Below are positions 20,601 through 30,304 of a stretch of DNA of 64,000 nt, piece after piece. The translations under genes were made by a program, and so were the position numbers. The notes under the pieces were generated by a model. The model saw only the letters and a program-made list of their open reading frames with translations, did no database searches and had not been told where the DNA came from. The stretch comes from Phallusia mammillata (taxonomy: Eukaryota). The first letter of the stretch is position 1. The number at the start of each line of letters is the position of its first letter. The stretch spans positions 5,146,001 to 5,210,000 of the forward strand of contig OZ281496.1 in assembly GCA_965637545.1 (NCBI GenBank). Reading direction: 5' to 3'.

Positions 20601-23129
20601 TGTAATGAAACGTGTATGAGATCAAAAACTTTAAGTTGCCATGATGTTGGGACAATTGGACGAGGCGACTCAAAAGGAAACGTCCCAAATGATTGTAGCT
20701 CTAGATCAGGGGTTCTTAACCAGGGGAGTACGCACCCCAAGGGGTGCAAGAACTGTTCCTAGGGGGTGGCGGGAATGCTGAATCATTAAGGTTGGTTAGG
20801 TCTTTTTTAAACACAAAACCCAGGTGGGTGCTAAAATTGGTTGGTGATTTGAAAGGGGTGCAGCAAGGAAAAAAGGTTTAAGAACCACTGCTCTAGTTTG
20901 ATCGATCTACATGTCATTTAGTTGAGGGTTAGTGACTGAAGTACGGTGTGCTTGAACCTCTGGGCCAACCTGAGCAGCTGCCAGTGACAAATAATCAAAA
21001 TCAGATAGGAATCAAACTGCATCGATGAAAACGCGGGAGAGGGCGTCGGCCAAGTGTTTTTGTTTGCCTTCGATGTGTCGCACATCTGTGGTAAACTCCG
21101 AAATGGCGGTTAAATGACGTTGTTGGTGTGCTGACCACGGAGCCCACACTTCGGTTAATGCAAAGGTCAACGGCTTGTGATGTGTGTACGGTCAACCAAA
21201 AAACCAACTCTAACTGGTCATCCAAAGAACGTTGTAGGTTTACCCATAGGTCTCGTATAAATAGGAGACCTGATGCGTGCAGCGCCAGAAATAAAACGAT
21301 GGCACAAGTTTACGATACCTGCAAATTACTGAAGCCCGTTAGCAGCAGAGGGGTGCGGAAAAGTTTGAAAAGCTTCGACTTTGTTGGGAAGGGGTCGGGC
21401 ACGGGTATTGTCAACTCGATGTCCCGTCAAAGTACCTCCCTGGAAGGTCCTTATGTTTTATGTAATAAGGTCCAAATACCTCCCTGGAGGTCCTCGGTTT
21501 GCGACGGCGTTTACAAGTCCAAATGCCTCCCTTGAAGGTATAAGTTGCGCCAGCGCAGCTACCGCGGAGCAACGGAGAGGAGCAACGGCGCGGCCCGGAG
21601 CAACTGAGCAACTCAAGCGTTGCAAAGGGAAAAAAGGCGTTGAATTCTATGCAACAAAAACCTGGGTATTGCTTTGAGCTGTATCATACGCTTCAAAGTT
21701 ACAAACGGTGACTTTTATGTGCAATATCATTGTTTACTTTTGTTGACTGAACAATAAACTTCATGTTTTTTGTTTGGTGTATTAATGGTCGTAGTTCTCG
21801 GAAAGTGACTTGCTCGCGACGAGCTCCCACCATGACTTAAGCCGAATGACATGCTAAGGAATCCAAAAAGGCCAAAAGGAGTAATGACCGCGGTTTTCGC
21901 AATCTCACCTGGGCCACAGGTACCTGGTGGTAACCACGAAAAGTCTTGAATGTGAGGAATTGGCAGAACGATCAGGCCGGGTAGCTGCGTTAAGACCGGG
22001 TAGCTGCGTTAAGATCGGGTAGCTGCGTAAATCATTGCGGTCACAAAGCCCATGGACTGGAAGAACGTCTAATAATACCCCGTTGCAGCACGTTTTATAT
22101 TCTTTTTTAGCGAAGCCGAGTTTCCCGGGAGGGCGAAATCGAGCGCGAAAGTGCACGAGTGGGCCATTAGCTGGGAAAAATGCTGAAGTCCATGCTTGGG
22201 TTACGTCTGTGAAAAAATGGGAAAAAGTAATTCCTTGCAATTTGGCCGACAACCGAGCATGAGCCGAAGAGCGCGCGGAAACGGTGTTGGTTCGATGCTT
22301 TGTCCAGTGCAACGATGGAGAAGGTGTCGGCATTGATGAGACGTCGATGCTTGAGGTCCTTGCAAAAAATGAGCCCTTGGACAAGCATAAACTGTCATTG
22401 AAGTTTGCCGGAAGGTAAATGCATAGTTAACAGACGTGACCCGGATATGGGTGCCATTCGCAGCAACGAGGTTTTTTTAGGAGGATTGTTGCGGCGCTTC
22501 AATCCTATGGCTGTATTGACGCTTACCTCGGAGTAGCGAGATGTTTATTCGAGGTACATGAAAATAGAATAAGACAAGGTACTAATACGTCGCACAGGAC
22601 GAGAGTGAAACAAAGAAAGCATTCTGTCCGGTTCACTGTAGGTATACAAGAACACGATAATCATAGTGAGAGAAGCCAACACATATGTAGACTTTTTCAG
22701 CTCACTAAAACGAGTCCAAATCGTATTTCTATTTGCTTTTTGCATGCGATAAGTGAAACATGATCAAATAAGGGATTCTCTGCATGAACGAAATGCATAA
22801 GCTGTTAGGGTACGTAAAATAAAATTATACCACACAGCCAAAGTAACCATTTAAATCCGACTGTAGTTTCCACTGTATGTTGTCATACTGTTTATTTGTT
22901 CGCAACTATTTTGCTTCATTGGTCTATGTATACCCGTGTGCAGAAAAACGGCAAAACGTTTGCAAAATAATTAGTTCTTTAACCAAAAACGAGCATTTGG
23001 TGAAACTTTATGCCAGTTAAAGGAGAAACGTTACTAAATTAAAAAAAATATTTACCAAATCAACTTACCTTTGTGCAAAAAACTAATCGAACAGACAAAC
23101 AGAGCCAGTTTCAATAGCCCTTGTGACAT
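14676..23129 (-). CDS. Z2: CUB-like + CUB + ZP-domain type I membrane protein (CUZD1-like architecture), 590 aa, intact
   Basis: 13 phase-compatible exons: 23069-23129 (signal MSQGLLKLALFVCSISFLHK), 19432-19592, 18714-18864, 18213-18388 (CUB: CGEDV..LLSPMFPGDY..CVWRF..TEDGFDFLY), 17794-17947, 17471-17519, 17041-17206, 16687-16844, 16163-16334, 15941-16011 (LEECWATR), 15637-15826 (FIYIHCDLIIC), 15281-15389 (CGGKKRRS..LSAGPLHI), 14676-14830 (TM, stop). No stops or frameshifts seen. Confidence 0.9.
20170..20620 (-). mobile_element. RTE-like LINE reverse-transcriptase C-terminal fragment nested in the gypsy remnant
   Basis: FKFLGSLI...IWTSSDMTRTLKLRLYKALILRIAIYGSES*TL...FKMKCLRTILRV matches the conserved RTE/CR1-type RT C-terminus. 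Absent from the paralogous gypsy copy. Confidence 0.7.
20707..20890. mobile_element. hAT-type MITE (184 bp)
   Basis: TIRs caggggttcttaacc / ggtttaagaaccactg. TSD ctctagat / ctctagtt. Empty site ctccagat at ~48129. Confidence 0.85.
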
Positions 23130-23284
23130 TTTTATACAAATGAATTAACTGTATTACCATAAATTGTAACTGTAACAAGACAGTAAGTACATATCACGAA
23201 AACTAATTTCACACCCACAAGAATCTTATCATGTTGCAAAAATCAAACAAAGTTATTGAATCAAGGGTGCCGAAAACTTAGTCT

Positions 23285-24300
23285 ACATCGTTTCAGCAAT
23301 GCCAGTATCATAACGTTAATACCTCTCAGCTAATACGCTTCGTAGGCTTCAGGTTTTCTCATATACATCAGAACACACTGCTGCTTACATAGAGCTTACC
23401 AACGTAAACACTGCAAACGCCGCAACACAATGCAGGTGATTCAAACCGGATCAATACAGTTCCATTGTTTGTTCTATAACCATGCAGTTCTATCTAAGCG
23501 TGTTAGGCGCTTGTTACGTTATTCACGTGAGTCGTCAGCGTTCTTTGTCACACTCTGTGGAAGCAAGCTGCAGATAGTGCACACTGTTTTGATCTATTAA
23601 GTCCTACCATTGCAACTGCTGTTCCAACTAACAACACTCCATTTTGATGGGAGCAACAGGCTGAAGCAAATTGTTACTTTAAGGACTCTTGCTATATATA
23701 TGTACTAAATCCCAAACTGGTAGTTAATTAATAAGATTCGCAGAATATATTTTCGGGTTTTAGCAGTTCCTGTCATTTGTATGTTTTCTTTAACATATGC
23801 TACGTCTCATTCAATGCTTAATCATATAAACAACTTAATATATCTCAATCAATTTTCATATTTATTTTCAACAATTAATTAGATTCACAAGTTTTTGTAG
23901 AAAGTCTACCTAAAACTTAAAGATGCATTCAGTCGCTAATTGATGCCGTGGGGGTTGAAACACGGACAACCAGTTGGGAAACTCCTATAGCCAGCCCGCA
24001 GACAGTGCACAGTGTTTTAAACTGTCTGTGCAGCTGGTGACAAGACGTAGACCGTATTGACTCGTGTAGCCATCTAACGACACTTCAGTTTGTTGGGATT
24101 AACAGGCTGAAGCAAATTGTTACATTTAAGACTTCATCTATATGTACGAAAACCAGAACTACAAGTTAAACAATAAGCGTCGCAGATAATATTTTCGGGT
24201 TTTCTGCAGTTTGTACCATAGTTAATTTCATTAGGCAAGACAGCATTTTGCCTAAATTCTACAAAAAGAACTTGCATATGAACTCGCAAATCGTTTGGCG
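23285..24300. promoter_or_regulatory. Conserved non-coding block upstream of Z exon 1 (internally duplicated)
   Basis: Homologous blocks lie upstream of Z4 (51398-51800, 52925-53300) and Z5 (61150-61560). 38 bp are identical between 23424-23461 and 61283-61320. Function is inferred from position only. Confidence 0.45.
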
Positions 24301-24635
24301 CGCAAATTTAGATTTGAAATGGATAATTACACATAATTTTATATTGGTGTTTAGTACTTGAAAAATACTGCTGTTAATTGTTAAGTAGAGCATATTTTGA
24401 AGCAAATCAGAAATGTGGCTGAATTTAGTAAGACACCAAAAAATTGTTGACGCAAAGTTTGAAAAAGTTTAACAGGAATTTTTCTTCGACTCTCACAGAC
24501 TTATTTAAGATTTTTCAGTTGCATACCCCTGTTCTTTTGTTTAAAGGTATTTGTAGAGGGAACACTATGCACGGACTTGAAAAGTAGTTTAATCATAAAC
24601 ATTACTGCCAAGGTAGTGGTGTATATGGAATACAT

Positions 24636-24679
24636 CGTGTAGACGTTTCGACAATCTCTGTTGTCATCATCAGTACATG
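24636..24679 (-). ncRNA. Inverted copy of the same hammerhead ribozyme
   Basis: Exact reverse complement of 25417-25460 in the inverted arm. Confidence 0.7.
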
Positions 24680-24892
24680 TTTTCAATCAAGCTGTAGAAC
24701 ACGGTACATAAAGCACTAAGGAAAAAAAAAGAAAAGAAAGGGAAGCCAGATGTGTGAAGTGACGTCACAGACGATAACAGGGAACGACGTTTAGAACGGT
24801 AGCGTAGACGAAAAGATAAGAACCGGAGATATGGGTCAGGTGTTGAACAGACGCAAGGGCATGGAAACTGTGTCGATGTTGAGCTCGGGTTC

Positions 24893-25279
24893 ATGCATTT
24901 GAAACAAAACCGCTTACGTCTTGTCCATGAAACGAACAAACTTTCACGGCATTTTCCTATAAAAGAGCGCCAGGAACACATCAAAAGAACTAACGTTGTT
25001 TACCGGTTGGTTTGCAACTGCGGCGCTTCATATATTGGGGAAACGCGGCGAAATCTCGCTGTAAGAATTAAAGAACATCGCATGGACCAAAAATCAGAAG
25101 TGTGCCGGCACATTTTATCGAATCCGACACATAAAGTTAATTTTGCCGAGCCGGAGATTTTGGACGCAAACCAAGACCGCGTGAGACTGTTGTTTCTCGA
25201 ATCGCTTTTTATTCAAAGGCATGAACCCGAGCTCAACATCGACACAGTTTCCATGCCCTTGCGTCTGTTCAACACCTGA
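24893..25279 (+). CDS. Penelope/Poseidon-type GIY-YIG endonuclease C-terminal fragment
   Basis: NVVYRLVCNCGASYIGETRRNLAVRIKEH...LFLESLFIQRHEPELN; the RT part is missing. Confidence 0.85.
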   Translation: MHLKQNRLRLVHETNKLSRHFPIKERQEHIKRTNVVYRLVCNCGASYIGETRRNLAVRIKEHRMDQKSEVCRHILSNPTHKVNFAEPEILDANQDRVRLLFLESLFIQRHEPELNIDTVSMPLRLFNT

Positions 25280-25416
25280 CCCATATCTCCGGTTCTTATC
25301 TTTTCGTCTACGCCACCGTTCTAAACGTCGTTCCCTGTTATCGTCTGTGACGTCACTTCACACATCTGGCTTTTCCTTAGTGCTTTATATACCGTGTTCT
25401 ACAGCTTGATTGAAAA

Positions 25417-25460
25417 CATGTACTGATGATGACAACAGAGATTGTCGAAACGTCTACACG
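25417..25460 (+). ncRNA. Minimal type I hammerhead ribozyme in the PLE pseudo-LTR
   Basis: catgta CTGATGA t gacaa-cagaga-ttgtc GAAA cgtc tacacg: core, 5-bp stem II, palindromic ACGU stem III, GUC cleavage triplet, stem I tgta/taca. Confidence 0.75.
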
Positions 25461-25972
25461 ATGTATTCCATATACACCACTACCTTGGCAGTAATGTTTA
25501 TGATTAAACTATTTGTAGAAGGCTTCTAACTTTAACTGCTTATTTTTGCACCCAAATTACTGTTGTTAAAATCTGCATCAAATTTTGATAAGTTACATTT
25601 TCAAGTTTTTCTGATTTTTGCAAATCAACTCATTTGAACTCATCGTATCAGAACGATTGAATAAGCAGCAGAAAATTGTTATAGTGCACGTGGGCCAACA
25701 ATCGCTTTAGTATTACTTGAAAAAAATGTATGCTGGTTTTCATGAAAAAACTACTAGTGTGACATTAAATCCTTTCTGTCTCGGGTTTATGTCGCTGACA
25801 AACAAAACACTGTACGTTGTGACATTCCAAGACGGTTGTTTAGTGTGGGATGTCCTTATGTGCAACATTGTTGTTTGTTGTACAGGTTTTTTGTTGCAAA
25901 AATCTGTTTATCGATGACATCAGCTTTTGATTTAAATCTTTAAATCTCTTGCTATACTAGGGTACATATCAG

Positions 25973-25999
25973 TGTAGACTGTAGACTGTAGACTGTAGA
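25973..25999. repeat. (TGTAGAC)x~4 tandem repeat
   Basis: Read directly from the sequence. Confidence 0.8.
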
Positions 26000-26775
26000 G
26001 CTACTTTACTAAGTTGTAATTGGTGGTGTTAAGAGCACAGTTATTTAAATAAGCAGAAGGACTGGGATAGAGTTACGAATTAAATTTAACATGAGAACTA
26101 TGTTTACAGGTTAAATTTATTTTTTATTATAAAACCTCACCCCAACCCTAATCGCCCTAGCCATCAGCGCTTTCATACAATCTACTTTGAATATTTACAA
26201 ATGCTCTTTGCGCCATCTATCGGTATATAGGGCAGATGCACTGAGATTTGTTACAAGACAACTACAGAAAAACATTACAATTCTTTTGTATCTTTAAGTA
26301 TTGGCCGAATTAGGTGAAGATATGTATATTAAACGACTGCGCGTTGGGCGCAGTTTATTGCCCTTAAAGCAAATAAAAAATGTCTTTGCTGTTCATGTAA
26401 AACTAGAGTTACGAAAATCTACACAATTTTCTAAACTTTCTAATGTTCTATCTTGTATTTTAAATAGGATACTTATGTTACCATAAACTTCCTCATTGAA
26501 ACAGAAACCATTTAACTCTTGTAAGGCTCAAAATGAACACACACAGTTTCAATTGCATCCGATTATATTGTTCTACAGTAACAGAAGTCTTTGACAAGGT
26601 ATATTTTTGACAACAACAAAGTAAAAAATGTTGCATGTTCTGTAATAGATAGTTAATGTTGCATGTTCTGTAATAGATAGCTTAAACTGTTAAATGTAAA
26701 AAGGATAAATGTAAAAATTTGTAGTATTTTTAAGCGTTTATAAGTCGACAGAAACAATACAATTTTAAGTTTCGT

Positions 26776-27600
26776 CTACAGACAAATTTGTTTATGTTTT
26801 GGACCTTGGGCATTTTTGCCGCATAAAAGGTAACCAGCTCCGATAAATACAGCAGCCAGAGGAACAAACATCACAAGTTGGAAGATGTCCTCAGCTGCTT
26901 CATTTACTTCATCTCGGTCTCTTGGAGTGTCTGCGATAAAAAAATGTTTAACTTATATATATATGGGTGCGAGAGCATATTTTACTGGAGCTTAGCTCAT
27001 CCAACAGACTAAAAAATACCACTCTTATATATACTTCGATGTAAGCTTGCAAGAGATTTATTATCAATGCATTTCATTGCGACAAGACATAGACTAAAAT
27101 CAGCCGATGGTGGGATTCGAACCCACAAAATAATATTATTTATTATATTAATATTTTTTAAATAAATGTTTTGTATTTTGGTAGAAACTTTAATTTCTAT
27201 TTCCTGGTTAAGGCATAGCCGAGTCTATTTCTTATGAACTGTGTAAGAAAGCGAAACACAAATCCGACTTTAGAAGTCAAGCCAAACAAGTTAATATTTA
27301 ATTTCGTTAAATGTGTTTGGGCGACAGACTTGTATTCGAAAAATCGCGGGTTCTAATCCAGTCTAAACGACAAGTCCCAATAGGTTTGACTTGATCAATA
27401 CCATAATTTGCTTTGTGAAAACACAAGCAACTGCAGTAGTAGTTACTGAAATAAGTTAAAGCGTACGAAAAGATACTTATTGTGTTGTTACCTTGCACAA
27501 GCAAATATTTGCTGGTTTGCAAAATGTGAACTGGTCTTGCAGAAAGTCGTTGGTTGCGTCCATTGTTATCAACAGATCGTCGTCCCACACCTCCACATGT
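26776..27600 (-). pseudogene. Z3: orphan last two exons of a CUB-ZP paralogue
   Basis: Exon 12 at 27492-27600 (TCGGVGRRS..LSARPVHI) and exon 13 at 26776-26930 (TM, stop), both in frame. Upstream homology ends at ~27690, where the TE cluster begins. Confidence 0.8.
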
Positions 27601-27700
27601 CTGCGAATAGGTTAATATTAATGCTTACCTAATAAGAAAAATGTTTATGGTCAAGAAGTTAGCACAAATTTGAAGTTATCGTAACATAAATGCATTCAAA

Positions 27701-27984
27701 CTGGGATCAACACTGAAGCGTCGATGTAGAGCAGCGATAATGGCATAATTATCGATAAATCATAGTACGCCAGGCCTAATCAGCCGGTATCCCATACATT
27801 CACATATGACAAGGCCTTAGGTAGAAAATTCTAGCCTGCATTGGGATTCGAACCCACGTCATGACTCATTCCGGGAATCGCGCTCTACAAACTGAGTAAC
27901 GCAGGCTCAGTGGAAATTCCGACAAAGTCGAATCTCGAGCACCGTTGCATGCTGCATGCTGCATATGTCAGCTTCGTAGTAGGG
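27701..27984 (-). mobile_element. tRNA-like-carrying element, copy 3 (older, single arm)
   Basis: Tail, tRNA-like core (27834-27906) and upstream leader ending cttcgtagtaggg, all homologous to copy 1. Confidence 0.75.
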
Positions 27985-28330
27985 CAAGGGGCGGCAACCT
28001 TTTGCATGCAACGGGCCAAAACAATGATTTGATGAGTCTCGGCGGGCCGTATGACTTTTTACCTTTAAATTGCGCTCAATTCTAGTAATGTCGTTGGAAC
28101 CTCTGAACGTCGTTGGAACTCTCTCTACAGCTTATTTTGATGGGGTTTGTCCCGGTATTTCGCAATGTATATTTGGCAAAGCAACCGACATCGCAATCAA
28201 TAAACAAAAATCCTTTCTTAACACTTGTATTACTAATACTGGATGAAAAGCGCCAAAGACGCCCATCACGATAACAAAAATGTTGGTCGCACTACAAAGT
28301 ATTTGCGGATTGAGTTAGGGCACTTAAAAC
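27985..28330. mobile_element. Left part of a CAGGGG-type hAT MITE, interrupted
   Basis: caaggggcggcaacc terminus plus gggcc/ggcgggccg subterminal motifs. A matching-type right terminus ggttggtcacccctg ends at 28624, but no TSD match was found. Confidence 0.5.
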
Positions 28331-28843
28331 TAGGGTTGGCAAGCTGGTCAATTGACCGGTCAAATACGGTCAATTGACTGGCCAATTGACTGCACTTTAT
28401 TTGACCAGTCAAATACTATTTTTTATTTTTAAAATCAAATGTGGTAAATTTTCTTGGACTTGCTTATTGGTTGTTGGAACGGGTAAATTATTTCTAATAA
28501 CCCTAAGGAATAACATTTTAGGGCATACTCCTGTATTAATAACGGCTTTCAAAGCCAATATAGATGTGTTTTGTTCATTTGAAATCAATGCCAAAACAAT
28601 CGAGCCGCGGGTTGGTCACCCCTGTTATAGTTGATCAAAAAACTGTTTGTAGCTATATATTTAGCTTATAATTGTCATGACTATATTTTTGTGGATAAGT
28701 TATTGCGATAAAGTACGTACACATCAAGCTTTTGTATTTTCCTTTTTAGTCATGAATGGGCAACAGCGTAACAGCATAAATTACGACTTTAACAGGATAA
28801 CCGAGTTTTGCAGTTAAATCTCAGTCATTTTTGTAGTTAAACC

Positions 28844-29720
28844 TGTAGATTCCTTTCTTTCGTGGTTAACGTGAGAAGCCGTGGAAACGATGTAGCCCAA
28901 GCTATTCTATGTTGGTCTGTTTTTTTTTCTTTAGGCGGCGCGAAACGCTGTACCCATTCTCTTACATTGCTCCGTAATTAATGCAGAAAAACCGGAACGA
29001 TGGCACTTCTCGCGAACTCTTTCTAGGCTTCTCACGTTAACCACGAAAGAAAGGAATCTACAACCGCTCGCTAAAATCGTTCACAAAAATGTTTTAACCA
29101 TCGGGAATGTTCTTACCAACTACAGAGGCTTGGCACATGGACGTATGAAACAGGTTGCCAACGGCCAATCGGGTCCATGCAAAAAGTGCGCGTTGTGTGG
29201 AAACCATGGCGTACATATGGCGATGGTGTATGAGCAGTGTAATTTTGCCACACGCGGCAAAGATATTAGATTAAAACAGGTACTGATGGACTGCAAAAAC
29301 TATGGTGTGTATGCGGCCACTTGCAGCATGTGTAAAGAACAACACATCGGCCAAACAAAAAACCGGTTTAGCACCCGATTTCATTTGGACTGGGTTGTTT
29401 GTTTGCCAACTTCAGGGTTTTTTCGTTGCCTCTGGACTAGACGGTTACATCGTCTCTCCGCTTTTCCTTATTTTTTAACTGGTTTGCACTGTTCCCATAT
29501 CGCTTGTTGCAGTGTGTGCCTTTCGCGTAGCTTAGGCGAAGTTCTGTTGCAGATCTTGCATAGTTAGCAAGAGCTTGTAGCAGGTTGCCGTTTCTCTTTG
29601 GTGTGTTTAATATGGAATTAGTTCATTGCTTGGTTTGTTTTACTTTTGCACCCATTGTTTCACAGAACGACTGAAGATGCCCTTTGGGGTGAAATATATA
29701 TCGTTTAACAACTTTGTTGA
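28844..29720 (+). mobile_element. Second Penelope-like fragment (Cys-linker, Neptune-like)
   Basis: GPCKKCALC...YGVYAATCSMCKEQHIGQTKNRFSTRF (GIY-YIG start). 37-bp perfect inverted repeat at 28844-28880 / 29026-29062. Hammerhead in the downstream pLTR. Confidence 0.75.
29666..29705 (+). ncRNA. Minimal hammerhead ribozyme of the second PLE
   Basis: aacga CTGAAGA t gccc-tttg-gggt GAAA tatata tcgtt: stem I aacga/tcgtt, stem II, palindromic AU stem III, AUA triplet. Confidence 0.7.
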
Positions 29721-30304
29721 CTGATTTTCATTAGAAAGCACTGCGTCATTTATTCTTACATATAATTTTATACATAATCAGTGGTCGTCGACAAAAAAGA
29801 TGCCTACTACTTGCGGGATAGATCCTGTACCAAACACTAAATGTTAATCTGATGTAAGTTATATATTAAAACTAAAATTGCAATTTAATAATGTGTACAG
29901 TATTTGACCCATTTTTGACCTATTTGACAAGTATTTGACCGGTCAATTAACCAGATTTTATTTGACCGGTCAAATGCCCAACCCTACTTGAAACACTATC
30001 GCAACAATTCAGTTCTTGTGCTTACAATGTATGAAGCATTTTGTTTGCGAGCTTTACAGTTCAAGGTTTCTTTGCAGGCGTATTTTTTGCTGAAGTTGAT
30101 TTTGTAACTTTGTCATTAAGTTTCGGTCTGGGATTTTATCGTGTTTCAAATTTTCAACTTTTTGACTTTTCAGGAATTAACTACAAAACCTAAATAGCCA
30201 ACACCATATTGGCAAAGTCATTTATTGCGTATTAGTGTTCACTTTATTTAGTCTTTTGAATTAAATTATGGCTGCATGTTTTTCAAAACGATCGCAAATA
30301 CAAG

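Larger units (their letters stand above)
19988..22683 (-). mobile_element. Decayed Ty3/gypsy (CsRn1-like) element in Z2 intron 1
   Basis: LTR at ~22537-22683 and LTR remnant at ~19988-20030 match 50652-50807. Internal sequence is colinear with 47570-49860 (integrase, RT, protease); gag and PBS are deleted. Confidence 0.75.
24558..25509 (+). mobile_element. 5'-truncated Penelope-like element with inverted pseudo-LTR
   Basis: Inverted arms 24586-24903 and 25212-25511. TSD tatttgtaga (24548-24557, 25510-25519). GIY-YIG ORF between the arms. Confidence 0.9.
28331..29986. mobile_element. hAT-type non-autonomous element with nested insertions
   Basis: TIRs tagggttggca / tgcccaacccta. 8-bp TSD cttaaaac / cttgaaac. 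Arrays of tttgacc/ggtcaa subterminal repeats at both ends. Confidence 0.8.

Noticed and set aside
21905-22398. Longer GC-richer ORFs at 21905-22398, 47382-47944 and 49085-49585 as host genes
   Set aside because: They are frameshifted or off-frame pieces of the decayed gypsy elements.
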